Assembly: GCA_951406725.2 (NCBI GenBank)
Contig: OX597819.1
Span: 24,676,001-24,740,000, forward strand
DNA length: 64,000 nucleotides
Origin: Octopus vulgaris
Taxonomy: Eukaryota
Reading direction: 5' to 3'
The notes below the pieces were generated by a model, which was given only the letters and a program-made list of their open reading frames with translations, did not search any database and had not been told where the DNA came from. Positions within the stretch are counted from its first letter, which is position 1, and the number at the start of each line of letters is the position of its first letter. Positions 15,595-29,580 of the stretch are shown here, piece by piece. Both the position numbers and the translations under genes were made by a program.

Positions 15595-15754
15595 TAGCCC
15601 TGTTGTTGAATAATGCAACTGAATTTCTTTATGCATCAGACAGACTTAATTATATTTCATCATATCAGCAGAAGGGGACAGGGATCCCTATTTCTGCATA
15701 TTATGCTTGTATGCTGGATCCCTTTGGTCGCTCAGAACCCCTACCAACTCCGAT

Positions 15755-15760
15755 ATACAT

Positions 15761-15791
<31 letters not shown>

Positions 15792-16034
15792 TATATATAT
15801 ATACATATATATGTATGTATGTATATACATACATATATATATATAAACATATATATATATATATATATGTATGTATATACATATATATATATACATATAT
15901 ATATACATATATATATACATATATATATATATACATATATATATATGTATGTATGTATGTATATACATACATATATATATATATATATACATATATATAT
16001 GTATGTATGTATGTATATACATGTATATACATAC

Positions 16035-16082
<48 letters not shown>

Positions 16083-16175
16083 GTATATACATATATATAT
16101 ATATATGCATGTATGTATGTATATACATATATATATATATATATTTACATATATATATGTATGTATGTATGTATG

Positions 16176-16219
<44 letters not shown>

Positions 16220-16238
16220 TATGTATGTATGTATATAC

Positions 16239-16273
<35 letters not shown>

Positions 16274-16278
16274 GTATG

Positions 16279-16309
<31 letters not shown>

Positions 16310-16321
16310 GTACATATATAC

Positions 16322-16392
<71 letters not shown>
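15755..16392. repeat. Long compound (TA)n/(TACA)n/(TATG)n microsatellite
   Basis: Direct reading of the sequence. Confidence 0.95.
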
Positions 16393-16395
<3 letters not shown>

Positions 16396-17068
16396 GTACA
16401 AAGATGTTTGTGTGTGAGAGAGTATATAAACATTTATTTCAGAGTATTATTATGCACACTTCTTGACTACTTCGCGCTGCGTGTATATGTGAAGGACGGG
16501 TAATTCAGGTCGCGCTTACATTATATCCTGTGTGTGGATGTATGGGTGTATGGCTTTGGGGTGAATGAATCACCGGTTGTTCATCGATGAAAGTATTACG
16601 ACGCATGCGCACATTTGCACGTATCATGGCTTATGAGTGTGTATCATTTTTATGAACGTGAACGTGCGTGCGCGCACATACACACATTTAAGCATACACG
16701 CACGCGAACACACAAACGGACACATACACCCACATATTCATTTATACATACACACTTCAGAATTTCACAGAATTTCCAAGATTACCCTTCACATGATGGG
16801 TAGTGTACTTTCGGACCCCCACCCACCCATGAATAATATCAGGGAAAAGGGTCATAGACAATTATTATAATTTAACTTTAATCATATTTTTGGTGCTCGC
16901 ACAGAATGATGAAATGAATATTAATTTCCAAATCAAAAATATTTTTTTTATCTGGAAATTAAATAAAAATTAAATATATTTAATTAAACTTAAGGTGGTG
17001 CTTCGCCATGGCCGCAGTCACGTGTCTGAAACAAGTAGAAAAATAAAAGAATTATTATCTTGGTATTA

Positions 17069-17625
17069 TTGGGTTGTCCGGAAAGTTCGTGCCGATTTTT
17101 AAAGGAAAGAAAAAGGTCAATAAATACTTGCCGTTACATTTTTAATCAACCAAATATGAACCATTTTGTTGTACAATGCGTCTCCATCTTTCCTTTAACT
17201 TGAAAATATCCCCTTCCCAGAATTGCGGTGGTTTCATGGCAAAGAATTCATCAAGGTATCTTTTTACGTCATCCATGGAATTGAAATTTTTACCATTAAG
17301 ACGATTCTGCAGAGACCTGAATAAGTGGAAATCCGAAGGAGCAATATCTGGAGGGTGGGGTAACACATCCCAGCCGAGCTGCAGCAATTTTAGTCCGGTT
17401 TTCAAAGCATCAAGTGCCGAAAATAAACTTTCTTATCTTCCATTTTAAAGAGTTACAGAATTAACACAGGTCATAGAAACATAAACCTTCTTCCACGAAA
17501 AGATAGCTTAATCTGTGCTCTAAATGGAGGTGTAATCAAATCCTATTTTATGGACTCAACCATGTTCTAAAACAAATCGAAAGGTAAGCTACTATGAATC
17601 GGCACGAACTTTCCGGACAACCCAA
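17069..17625 (-). mobile_element. Internally deleted mariner transposon
   Basis: Perfect 29-bp TIRs TTGGGTTGTCCGGAAAGTTCGTGCCGATT, TA at 17067-68 and 17626-27; transposase C-terminus LGWDVLPHPPDIAPSDFHLFRSL...LKERW. Confidence 0.95.
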
Positions 17626-17649
17626 TAAATACAGATTTCCTATTGTATA

Positions 17650-18162
17650 CTAGCAGTATCGCCCGGCGTTGCTCGGGTTTGTAAGGGAAATAACTATATA
17701 AGCATTTTTAGAGAGTTACTTCCCTTATAGATGCCAATTCGGGCTTTCTTAGCCATTTCTGTTTTGGTGTCTTCAAGCCATGAAGTCGTTCTTCTAAAAG
17801 AACGCTGGTCTCCTTGACAACGCTTTACGACGTTGATTTCCTTACACTCCCTTCCCCACAGCTTCACGAGGGAGGGAAGAAGGGGGAGAAGCAAACAGGT
17901 GCAGGTGTGACCGTGGACGCCAACTCCGCCGCCATCGACACACGAAAAATTATGCATTAAAATGGAACAAAAAATGATGTTAAATTATTTTTAAAATCGT
18001 AGACTCATCGTAGACGCGCGCTAATACTCAGATGGGCTCGATATGAATCACGACTATAAGATACCCGAATTTGGTTAAACTGCACCGCAAAATGTGGGAG
18101 TAGTTAGGAATCTAAATCGAAGGGGACAGACACTCACACAACTACAGTTTTATATATATAGA
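17650..18162 (-). mobile_element. Non-autonomous Helitron
   Basis: Minus strand starts TC(TATATATATAAAA) and ends with hairpin CCCGAGCAACGCCGGG plus CTAG; sits between A and T with no TSD. Confidence 0.88.
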
Positions 18163-18880
18163 TTTACAATAATTGTACCCTATTATTTTTCTAAATTTTA
18201 TCAACATTATCGCAATCTGTTCCATCGAAAACCTATCTCTACAAAATTTCATAAAAAAGTGATATATTTTTAAGAAAGTTATAAGACATTCAATCTGCAC
18301 CTCTTATGTTCACTTCTTTCTGTTTCTATGGAGAGTTACGTAAAGTATAAATGTAGATGTATAGCAAAATACACGTAAAGTGAATGGTATATTATTTCAC
18401 TTATGCATAATCTAATTATTATCTTCCTTACTTGCTCGGCCCGACAAATAACGTTGGCTAACGAATATTTTTTCTCATCATCGCAATTAAACCTGCGGTA
18501 TTATTTCTGATGTTAGAAACCAACATTTTCACTACCTATGATTAATCCTGTGATTAGATATAGCACACAGGTAATTTCTTAATATTTAATGTCAATGTAA
18601 CCTTACAACAGAAGGCTTACAACAGAACTAATTTTTAACAGGACTTCAAGCTTCAGCTATCTATCAGTAGAGATAATTTTCCTTTGCATGGTTTTTATAG
18701 AAAGAAATGTAAAGAATATCGCCACCTAAAAGTGGGTATTCTATAAGAAGAAACGATATTACTATTTTAACGCCAGGAGGACACCTCCTGCAACTAGCTA
18801 TTCAATGCGCTTCGCACTCAATATATATTACAAGAGGGAAGAGAACTCCCGACTATTGTAGTTCGAAGACCACCAGATTG

Positions 18881-18918
18881 CATGATTTCGACCTCATTTT
18901 GATCGTCCTTAGTGATCA
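18881..18918 (-). ncRNA. Highly degenerate hammerhead-like motif
   Basis: Minus strand CTAAGGA-CGATC-AAAATGA-GGTC-GAAA; G5 of the core is mutated and stems I/III are poor. Confidence 0.3.
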
Positions 18919-19009
18919 AGGTGCCGATAAACATTACGTCTCAGTAGAAATACTGCTTTCATCTCTAATAGAGATTTTCTTAACGAGCTAGTTTGCTAAT
19001 TTATTTATT

Positions 19010-19208
19010 TATTTGTTTCAGTCATTTCACTGCGGCCATGCTAGAGCACCACCCACCTTTAGTCGAGCAAATCGACCCCAGGACTTATTCTTTGTAAGCC
19101 AAGTACTTATTCTATCGGTCTCTTTTGCCGAACCGCTAAGTGACGGGAACGTAAACACACCAGCATCGGTTGTCAAGTGATGTTGGGGGACAAACACAGG
19201 CACACAAG

Positions 19209-19268
<60 letters not shown>

Positions 19269-19437
19269 CATACGACGGGTTTCTTTCAGTTTCCGTCTTC
19301 CGAATCCACAAAACAAGACATTGGTCGACCCGAGGCTATAGTAGAAGACACTTGCCCAAGATGCAACGCAGTGGGACTGAACCCAGAACCATGTGGCTGG
19401 TAAGCAAGCTACTTACCACACAGCCACTCCTGCGCCT
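19010..19437 (-). mobile_element. SINE family A, full length
   Basis: Ends ...TACCACACAGCCACTCCTGCGCC (reverse-complement head); internal (CA)n(TA)n. Confidence 0.93.
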
Positions 19438-19504
19438 ATGTAAAGATTAATTTAAGAAAAGTGTACCGATGTGTTTATTTACAATTGTAAGAAGATAAAC
19501 ATAA

Positions 19505-19940
19505 TTCTTTCTACCGTAGACACAGAATCTGAAAATTTTAGGGGAGGTGAATAGTCGATTACATCGACCCCAGTGCGTAACTGGTACTTAATTTATCGAC
19601 CCCCGAAAGGATGAAAGGCAAAGTCGACCACGGCGGAATTTGAACTCAGAACGTAGCGGCAGACGAAATGCCGGAAAGCATTTCGCCCGGCGTGCTAACG
19701 TTTCTTATTTCTTTATTGTCCACAAGGGGCTAAACATAGAGTGGACAAATAAGAACAGACAAAGGGATTTAGTCGATTACATCGACCCCAGTGCGTAACT
19801 GGTACTTAATTTATCGACCCCCCGAAAGGATGAAGGGCAAAGTCGACCTCGGCGGAATTTGAACTCAGAACGTAGCAGCAGACGAAATACCGGAAAGCAT
19901 TTCGCCCGGCGTGCTAACGTTTCTGCCAGCTCGCCGCCTT
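19505..19940 (-). mobile_element. Tandem pair of SINE family B (tail-1 unit followed by tail-2 unit)
   Basis: Two bodies at about 19705-19940 and 19505-19705, both with CATCGACCCCAGTGCGTAACTGGTACTTAATTTATCGACCCC, but different tails. Confidence 0.9.
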
Positions 19941-21437
19941 CTATGTTCGATATAATTCTATTAAATGAATAGCAACACATGCCGTGTTTACTTGTTCGCT
20001 ACTTTATCTCTTTCGCGTATATGCTCGCTGCTCTTTGTATACATGCCTGCACATGTTTTGTGTTTTGTGTATGTGTGGCTGTGTCAATGTGTGCGTGTAT
20101 GAGTGTTACTTCTATGTGTTTTGTGTGTATGGATTTTACTAGAACGAGTGCTGTTGCATGTTTGGATTTGTCTATGTATGTGGCCGAGCGTATTTAAAAT
20201 GTTTTCGGTTCCTTTATTTATTTATTTATTTATTTTTTTTTACTTTTAGAAAGTACAAGTATATTGAATCTGCACCTCTGTAAATTAGATTGATTTTTAT
20301 TTAGTAGATAAATCAACTTCCCAGAGAGGCACAATGATTCATATTTATAGTAAATAATAAACTGATATGCGCCCATGTTCCTTTCTTGAAGTCTCTTGCA
20401 ACTTAATTGAATTACTACAATTGAAATATATGACGAGCTTTATTGCCGATACCAACGTCGTAGATCTATAGCTTCGCGTTCAGTCTCGGCTGAGCAGACT
20501 TTTGTGTTCTTACGAGGGGGCGAGAAAAACAGATAATAAAAACTGAGTCACAGAACTTCATTGATACTTGTTTCTTCGTCTCGGGAGAATGAAAGTCAAG
20601 GTTGAACTTCAAGAAACATGACTAAATATTGCCAGATATCTTAACAGATGCTCCACCGATTCTGCCATCACAACCAAATTTTCCGATTTGTTTCATACAG
20701 GTAGCGCTATGAATGTTTGGTTTAGAACAGAAAATCAGAACTGTACAACGACTACACACATACATACGCGCACGTGTACGCACACACACACATTGAGAAG
20801 TTTGTTGAAAACACCACAAAACCCATTGATACATTAAAACTTTACAGTTAGACACGATAGAGAGTAATACATACACCACTTAATACAAAAGTATCGAAGG
20901 AACAATTATGTGGTTGTTCAATCTGTTAGGGATAGTAGCCGTATCACCCTCATAAGCTCACTGTATTCACGAAAATGTAGTCCAAGATAATCCTTGAAAA
21001 GCAAAAAAACGATATAGTCACTACTGAAGCATCTTATATTATTGATCTGCTTGACTGGGGTTGATCTGGAGTTAAACAACAACTACCAAACCAGCAAAGG
21101 AGTCGCTACATTTGAACGCAAATAAAAAATATAATCAGCGTAGTATTTCCCCTTCGCAAAATACGTCCTGCTTGTTTGTAGACGATGTGTGTCGAGAATA
21201 CTTGATTCATTGATGTGGAGTGACAACAGCTATAAATATAGCCACGGAAACTGAAAGAAGCCCCTCGTGTGTGTTTGTGTGTGTGTGTGTTGTATGTTTA
21301 TGTTTGGTGTTGTCCCCCACCAGTATTGGTTTGTTTGCGTTTCCGTAGCTTGACAGTTCGGCAGAGGGATACCGATAGAATGAGTAACATACTTTAAACG
21401 ACAGCAAAAAGAATGGACTCGATTTTTACGACTAGAC

Positions 21438-22097
21438 CAGTGGATCTCAAACGTTTTCTTTTACCTATGGACCTGTTTGATTCCTATTTTACTCGGGGGT
21501 AGGGGTCATCCTCATAACCATTCGATGTATAAAAGCTCCAATTATATTTTTATGAATAAACTAGCAGTATCGCCCGGCGTTGCTCGGGTTTGTAAGGGAA
21601 ATAACTATATAAGCATTTTTAGAGAGTTATAGCCAAAAATAGCAAAAAAATGCATTAAAAATGGAAAAAGAATTATGGTAAATTTTTTTTTAAATCGTTG
21701 ATTCATCGTAGACATTTTTAGAGAGTTACTTCCCTTATATAATAGCGAAAAAATGCATTAAAATTGAAAAAAAGGATGGTCATTTTTTTTTTAAATCGTA
21801 GACTCATCGTAGACGCGCGCTAATACCCAGAAGGGCTCGATATGAATCACGACTATAAGATACCCGGTTTTGGTTAAACAGCACCGCAAAATGTGGGAGT
21901 AGTTAGGAATCTAAATCGTAGGAGACAGACACACAACTTCACTTTTATATATAAAGATATTATTACGAATTGTATAAAAATTGTTTAAATATTTTGTGTA
22001 TAAGAAAAATATAACCAGTTTATTGCACATAAATTTTAACATCAACATTTTATATGGGACCCCAAAGAGCCATATGGACCGCGGTTGAAAACCACAG
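21438..22097. mobile_element. hAT (Charlie-like) non-autonomous element
   Basis: Termini CAGTGGATCTCAAAC...GGTTGAAAACCACAG; imperfect 8-bp TSD GACTAGAC/GATAAGAC; subterminal TATGGACC motifs also seen inverted near 42400. Confidence 0.65.
21561..21957 (-). mobile_element. Non-autonomous Helitron (same family as 17650)
   Basis: CTAGCAGTATCGCCCGGCGTTGCTCGGG...TTTTATATATAAAGA between A and T; shares both ends with 17650-18162. Confidence 0.88.
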
Positions 22098-22166
22098 GAT
22101 AAGACCCGTCAGGGCGGTGCTCCAGCATGGTCGCAGACTAAAGATTGAAGCAAGTAAAAGATAAAA

Positions 22167-22197
<31 letters not shown>

Positions 22198-22887
22198 GTG
22201 TATGTGTGTGTGTGTGTGTGTAGGGTGGCGAGTCGGCGCGAACGATTATGTGCGGGTTAGGGTGTGCTAGTGCCTTTACAAGTTGTTTAAAATGTAAAAA
22301 TGGATTTGTGTATGTTTTAAAACTAGTCGAAGCGAAACACTCTTTCATAGAAACACGCACGAATGTCTCAGCAAATTAATCATGAAGGTTCTATTGACCA
22401 CGAAAACATTATTGACCCTTCCCTAGCTTCTGCCTTGCCCTGCCCTGCCCCACCCCCACCTCTTGTGTGTCTGTCTATCAATCTATCTGCCTGGCTGTTT
22501 ATTCAATTATGTATTTATCTAACGTTTGCTGCCACCACAACCCAACCACCGCCGCCGCCGCCGCCGATAACGACGGCAACAACGATGCCACCAACAACAA
22601 CACCATCACCATCATCATCACCACCACCATCAGTCACCACCACCATCAGTCACCACCACAACCACCACTAACAACAACAACAACACCACCCCCTCTTTCT
22701 CTCCCACCACACGCCTCCGTTCTTTCTCACACACTGATTTCTCCATTTTGTTTAAACGAGAGAGGTAAAAAGAATATCATGTTTTAATGTAAGCAAAATG
22801 CTAGATCAGTTGTTAGTGGGGTGGCGAGCGGGTACTAGTTTATTTTTTGTTTTCATTTTCCCTTTCTTTCTATCTCTCACCACACAT

Positions 22888-22921
<34 letters not shown>

Positions 22922-23257
22922 ATGCATACGCAGATATACGCATACATATGTGTGTCGGTGTGTGTGTGCGTATGAGTGTGTGTGTGATTGTGTACATAAA
23001 TGACTGTAGACGTGTGTGTCTTGTGTGTTTATGTGTGCGAGTGTGTGTGCGTGCGTGTATGTATGTATACATGTACGCATACATATTCATGTTTATATTT
23101 GTACTTCTATTCATATTTCTCTCGCTCTTTCTAGCACCCACGCACACACTCTTTCCCCCAACACATATACATACATGAATACGCACATACATACACACAC
23201 ATATATATATATATCTGTCTATCTATATATATATATATGTATGAATATATATATATG

Positions 23258-23304
<47 letters not shown>

Positions 23305-23348
23305 ATATATATATATATACATGCATATACATGTGTACATATACGTAC

Positions 23349-23410
<62 letters not shown>

Positions 23411-23413
<3 letters not shown>

Positions 23414-24290
23414 AGTGTATAAAATATTTTTATATACAAACAGGAGACCATTGACAGGACTCCTTACTGCTAAAAAGGCCAGTTAAAACCCAAACCACGT
23501 AAAAGAGAATTCATGAGGCACGCCAATTATAACACCAGAACAAACAAAAAATAAATTAGTCAATCCCGAACTCGAGTTTCGCTATTAATTGCGAAATAAA
23601 CTAATTTGGAATCAGTAGCTCGTAAGCGGAATTCCTAATTAATGAATAATTATGTAGTTGCAAATACGTACCGAAAACACGTGCGCAAGACAGGTATATC
23701 TTTATCCATTTAAGGGTTCGAACTTTGTGCGCGAGAGTAAATATATGGTCCAGTAGTAAATAAAGAAATTTAAAGCTGTATCCCATATAGCTTCAGAATT
23801 ATAGATATTGCTATCGTAAATTTGAGGGTACGAAATTAAAATAATTCATTACTAGTGGTTAGCATGCATAAATAAAAGTCATAAGACATAACATATTTTT
23901 TTTTAAATATAAGAGTGTATAAAATATTTTTATACAAGAAAAAGAGACCATTGACAGGACTCCTTACATGCTGAAAAGGCCAGTTATAACCCAAAGCACG
24001 GAAAAGAGAATTCATGAGGCACACCACCAACATCTTTATCCATTTAAGGGTTCGAACTTAATAGTGAAACTCGAGTTCGGGATTAACTAATTCATTTTTT
24101 GTTTATTCTAGTGTTATAGTTGGCGTGCCTCATGAATTCTCTTTTTCGTGGTTTAGGGTTTAACTGGACTTTTTAACATGTAAGGAGTCCTATCAACAGT
24201 CTCCTGTCTGCGCATAAAAATATTTTATACACTCTTATATTTTTAGAAATATGATATGTCTTATGACTTTTATATATGCATGTTAATTAT
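23411..24290. repeat. Module with one direct and one inverted copy of a 120-230 bp unit
   Basis: AAGAGTGTATAAAATATTTTTATA...GGAGACCATTGACAGGACTCCTTAC at 23411 and 23911, inverted at about 24058-24290; abuts (TA)n. Confidence 0.75.
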
Positions 24291-25000
24291 TGGTAATAAA
24301 TTATTACCCTCATATGTACGATATACATACATGCATACACACACACACACACATATGTATTCATGTCTCTAGTTTGTATATGTATCCACGTCTCACTCAT
24401 CTTCCTATCACCCACTCTCCTTTCTGTCTCCCTCTCACTTTTCCTCTACAGTTAATTGTGCTTATTATGTAAATTTCATTAAAAGAAGCAATTAAACGGG
24501 GTAAAATAAACAAGCCATCCTGTATATATCTGTGACAACGAAACACAGGCAATAGAAGCTTAGGAATACACAGACACCTACGCAAAAACATTTATATGTT
24601 GCTGCTTTTGTTGCTACTAAGACCCCAAGATCCCTGATCAAGCAGGCAGTAGTCATCTAATCACAAGAGTTCCATTCACGACCATCCCATCTTTTTGTAT
24701 ATCTGTTGCCACAATATCTCCAAGTGTTTTCAAGATGGTAGCATGTGCATTAAAGGCACATTATTTTGTGTTATTTCCAGGAGGGGAGCTGAAAGTGTAC
24801 AATCTTTCTTCTTGGAAAGTGCGCGCGTGCGTTTGCTCACATGTACACTAACATATACGCTCGCGTATCATTTTATGCAATATAATGCAAATAGACACTC
24901 CGGAACCGCTAGAGTCATACTGACAGTGATTCTTTCGACAGAATAGATTTATTTTGTTGTTCATACACCTGTCTTCGTCTTTTGTTTTTCTGTAAATTTC

Positions 25001-25070
<70 letters not shown>

Positions 25071-25314
25071 AGAGTTTGTATGTATGTGTGTGTGTGTGTG
25101 TGTGTGCATTTTCATATGTTCTTTATGAATTCGTAAAGCTAGTTGCCAATTTTGACGTATGTGGTATCAAAGATTCAGTAATCTTTCGGCTACCAAATGA
25201 ACTTTATTTTCATTTACATATTTGCATTACAAAAACCTTAACATTATAATCTTTCTATAAATCAACTATCGTAAACGATATTTTATATCACCACCACTAC
25301 CATGTTACATTTTC

Positions 25315-25525
25315 TATATGAGTGTGTATGTGTCTGTGAGTGTGTGTGTATTTGCGCGTTCGTTACGTACTTCAGGCCGATGGCTGAGAAGTTTATGTGT
25401 GTGAGTGTATGTAAGGGTGTATGTGTCTGTGAGTGGGTGTATGTTTGCGCGTTCATTACGTACGTTAGGCTTATGACTGAGAAGTATATGTGTGAGTGTA
25501 AGTGACAGTGTATGTGTGTGAGTAT
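25315..25525. repeat. Tandem duplication, about 93-bp period, about 2.3 copies
   Basis: TTTGCGCGTTC(G/A)TTACGTAC...CTGAGAAGT at 25351 and 25444. Confidence 0.75.
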
Positions 25526-26069
25526 ACATACATTTTTGTGACGACTAACACATACACAAACACGCATACACATCTAAAGAGAGAGCCACACACATAGACA
25601 GACAGAGATATGTCATTTTCTGATGAACAACGCTGCTGTTTCTATCTACCAAATTCACTCACAAGTCTGTGGTTGGCCTAGGGCTATAGTAAAAACACCT
25701 GCCCAAGGTACCTTGTAGAGGGGCCGAACGTGGAACCATGTGGTTGGGAAGCAAAGTTTTCAAACACACAGTCATTCTTGAACATAATGTGTGCTCACAT
25801 TTGTTGTTAAATCGTGCATTGTGTCCTACAATGTCTCAAAGTTAGCAGTTCATCAAGCAGAGATCTATAAAATAAATGCCACATTGAAATACGTACTGAG
25901 GTCAGTATGATCAATTAAAATTTTGAAGGGATATAGCAACAGTCGAAAGACTAAACCCAGTAAAATAGTGTTTAAAGACTTAATGGTTTCAAATTTAAGG
26001 TAATGGATTACTAACCACAAGATAATGAGTTCAAAACTTCGTATTGAACTTCCACTCTATACGATAGCA

Positions 26070-26680
26070 CTATATCCTTTGTGAGCCGCTCTCCGGCTAT
26101 CTATCTGCGGCTTTATATAGCTATGGTAAGACCTCACTTGGAATTTGCATCACCGGTCTGGAACCCCTATCTTGCCCAGGATGTCAATCATCTGGAAGCT
26201 GTTCAGCGACGTGCAACCAAAAGAATACCCTCCACCAGGCATTTGCCATATCCTGAACGCCTTACTTCCCTGGGCATGGACACATTGAAACTCCGACGTC
26301 TGGCAGCCGTCTTACAAACAATAACTCTGAGCACCTTTTCAAACTTCACCCATCTAACACCCGTAGACATATTTACAAAGTCAGAAAATAGCACAGCTCC
26401 CATGACTTCAGGAAACATTTTTTCACGCTGAGAGTTGCTGAAACATGGAACAAACTGCCGGCATCAGTTGTTAGTTGTCTGAGCACTGCATCCTTCAAAA
26501 CTTCCATGCTTTCTGAGATTCGCCAACACTAAACCTGATTTTCTCCCCTCCTTACACACACAAGCATGTATCTGACTCATACATTGTTCGCTTTTTTACA
26601 TTACTGCATGTACTTTATATGCACTCTCTGACAAGTTGTGGTGCACCTGAGCACTGTATACAATAATTTCATTATTATTA
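26070..26680 (+). pseudogene. CR1/L2-group LINE 3' fragment with 3' UTR
   Basis: LYIAMVRPHLEFASPVWNPY...LEAVQRRATKRIP...YPERL, later FFTLRVAETWNKLP; ends AATAATTTCATTATTATTA. Confidence 0.9.
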
Positions 26681-27016
26681 TATGTACATCTCAGTCTACG
26701 TGATTCCAACAATTAACGATTGTAATTTGCAGTTGAATGGTGAGCTGTAAGAAAGATGTCCTGATTCCTTTAAAAAATTATTTTGCAAAATATTCTGAGT
26801 AAAAGTACTTTTCTCACCACAACAAAACACACACACACACAAAGGTGTGTCTCTGGTAAGTCGAGTTACTACAGATAACAGCCAAATCTCAATTAGTTAC
26901 CTCAAATTCACCTTACTCTAGTTAAATAGTCGAAATCACTTCAAATACTCGTCCTGCTTTGGTTTATGTTCTTCTTTTCCCTCTAACACACACACACACG
27001 TACACACACGCACAAG

Positions 27017-27048
<32 letters not shown>

Positions 27049-27167
27049 GATACAGACAGACAGTCAGACAAACAGATAGACAGACAGAAAAACAGACAGA
27101 TAGATTCTTTAAAACGATAGTATCGATCTAAAACTTCACTTCTGTCTGCGCATCTGTATATTATATA

Positions 27168-28100
27168 CAAGTTGAATGACCCGACGTTGTCCGGGTAACT
27201 GCAATTCTTATTCAGATTAGTAATAAATAAATATAACGATATGCTCTTATAATTATTTCAAAATATCTATATTTTATTTAAAATATCCAAATTATATTGA
27301 TAGTAGAATTTCGAACCGAAAATCTGTCAGAGTTGAAGCACCTCAGGTTAAACAATATTCATTGTGTAATATTTTGTTGATGCAGAGATGAATGAATCGT
27401 TGCTGCTTCCACTCGCGAGCAAGCAACATAGAGCTGGTAGTGTGAGAAGCATGTAGTGGAGAGATCAAGTCCAACTACCTTTAGGGATTGACTCTACGAT
27501 TTGTGAATAGAAATACCGTGACTTATTTTGACTGAAAACTGAAAGCGTCTTAAATTCAAATGGAACATCTGTACATATGAGGTAAATTTTTGGAATAAAG
27601 ATATTTACTCCTTTGTAACTATCTGTTATAACTGTTGCCTCTGGGAGATGGAGAGCATCTTGGAGATGAATATAACTTTTAGTCCTTAAGTTTTTTTGAT
27701 TGCTACGAATGTAGAGGAGACCTCACTCTCAACTTTAGCATACATATCAATCAGCTATTGCTGATATAGATCGCGTTACATGTGTAATTGATTTGATTAT
27801 TCTGGTCTTAACATCAGTTGGTAAGAATTGAAGTCATCTGACAACACCTTTTTGTGTGTAACAGGCTCTCCTGCTTGGTTCAATCTGTTGAATATTGAAA
27901 TGATACCCATCTTGTCCATTCCACAGAATAAGAGTATACCGGAGAGCATGATAAGAGGGATGAGTCTGTGAAACACATTTAAGGTTGCTATGTCGAACAC
28001 GAATGAGAATTTCATGATTTTCATGGGGATCACCAACCGTAAGGATGGCTACTTCATTAGATGTGGGCTCATTAAAACAGCGTAAAATGTCCTTAACTAT
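27168..28100 (-). pseudogene. Internally deleted Helitron Rep/helicase relic with decayed 3' end
   Basis: Minus-strand peptides FNEPTSNEVAIL and SQTHPSYHALRYTLILWNGQDGY (Helitron N-terminal region) and SQSLKVVGLDLSTTCFSHYQLYVACSRV (Pif1 motifs V/VI); hairpin CCCGACGTTGTCCGGG near 27180. Confidence 0.85.
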
Positions 28101-29160
28101 AGTTTGTTATAGACGTAACGAACGCCTATCTCTGTCTCAGGACAATATGTAGCTTATAAACAACAGCCACGTGTTCATGAGATCTGATCTCTTTGGTCAA
28201 CTTTCATTCTACAAGCTCACGAAACTAAAATTTGTGAATAAGGGTTTGATTCGGCTCCATGCAGCTTATAGTTTGGTGTGCTTGAAGAATTAACGTAGAT
28301 TTTTAGGTTTAGGCAGCCGAACGGATAAAGGTCAACATGGCTACTGCAGATTGGGAGCCTATTAGTCAAGGCAGGTCAAATGCTGCTATTACTATTAGTA
28401 TTCACAAAATAGCGATATTAAATAGAGAGAGTGATTTCAGGACACCACGACCGCACGCGCGTGTTTGTGTGCGTGCATGTGAGTGTGCGCGTGTGTGTGT
28501 GTATGTGTGTGTGCGCGTGTTTATTCCCCTCAACCGCTTTACTACATGGTTTGTTTATGTTCCTGTAACAAAGCAATTTGAGAAAAAAAAAGAAAAAAAA
28601 AAGAAACAACTAGAATAAATAGCAGACTTTAAAAAACATAAGGAGTCGATTTGTTCAAGGCGATGCTCCAGTATGGCCGCATTTTAAGGAGTTAAACAAG
28701 TAAAATATAATACTAAAAACATTGGGGTAGGGGATACTGTTTATTTGATTCGCCCGAAAGATTGTAATGGTATGAACCTCGCTCAAGTCATGAGGAAAAA
28801 TTTCAGTTTATAAGTTTGCTTGTGAGAAAGAGTGTGTTGTGGGTATGTGCGTGCGAGCGTATGTGCGCGTATGTGTGTGTATGTATGTGTGTGTATGTAT
28901 GTGTGTGGCTTTGTAAGTGGGTGTAAGTGTGTTTTGTGTGTAAGAATTGCAAGAAGAACGAGGCAACTTTGCTATTGATAAATTGATGAATTTTCATTCT
29001 AAAAGGTAGATATGTTGTTTTAGTCATTTACCGATATTTGAAGCCGTTAGTTCTCGTTATGGAGTTCAGGTCAGGCGGGTGAATGAATGGTCGTTCTGTA
29101 AATAATTAATAGTGGCCTAGAGGAACCGGCGAGTGACTGGTACCAATGATATATATATAA

Positions 29161-29192
<32 letters not shown>

Positions 29193-29217
29193 TTACATAC
29201 ATACATACATTACATAC

Positions 29218-29263
<46 letters not shown>

Positions 29264-29325
29264 GTGCGTGTATCTAAGTAATGTATGTATGTATGTATAT
29301 ATATATATATACGTATATACATACA

Positions 29326-29369
<44 letters not shown>

Positions 29370-29441
29370 ATATATATATATATATATACAGTAAGGTATA
29401 TTTGCCAACGCAAAGTAGCAGTCCTACGTAGAACGATGCTT

Positions 29442-29513
29442 GTGGACATATGACATAGTGGTTAAGAGCGCGTGTTACTAACCCCAAATTCCGAGATCGA
29501 TTCCAGGCAGTGA

Positions 29514-29557
<44 letters not shown>

Positions 29558-29580
29558 TCGTAAATTAACTTAGGAATGAG

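Larger units (their letters stand above)
21244..22167 (+). mobile_element. Old SINE family A split by a hAT-like MITE
   Basis: Body 21244-21437 (GGAAACTGAAAGAAGCCC...) continues after the MITE as GGCGGTGCTCCAGCATGGTCGCAG...AAGTAAAAGATAAAA. Confidence 0.75.

Noticed and set aside
22363-22787. Pro/Thr/His-rich protein
   Set aside because: Trinucleotide low-complexity runs with no domain or splice support.
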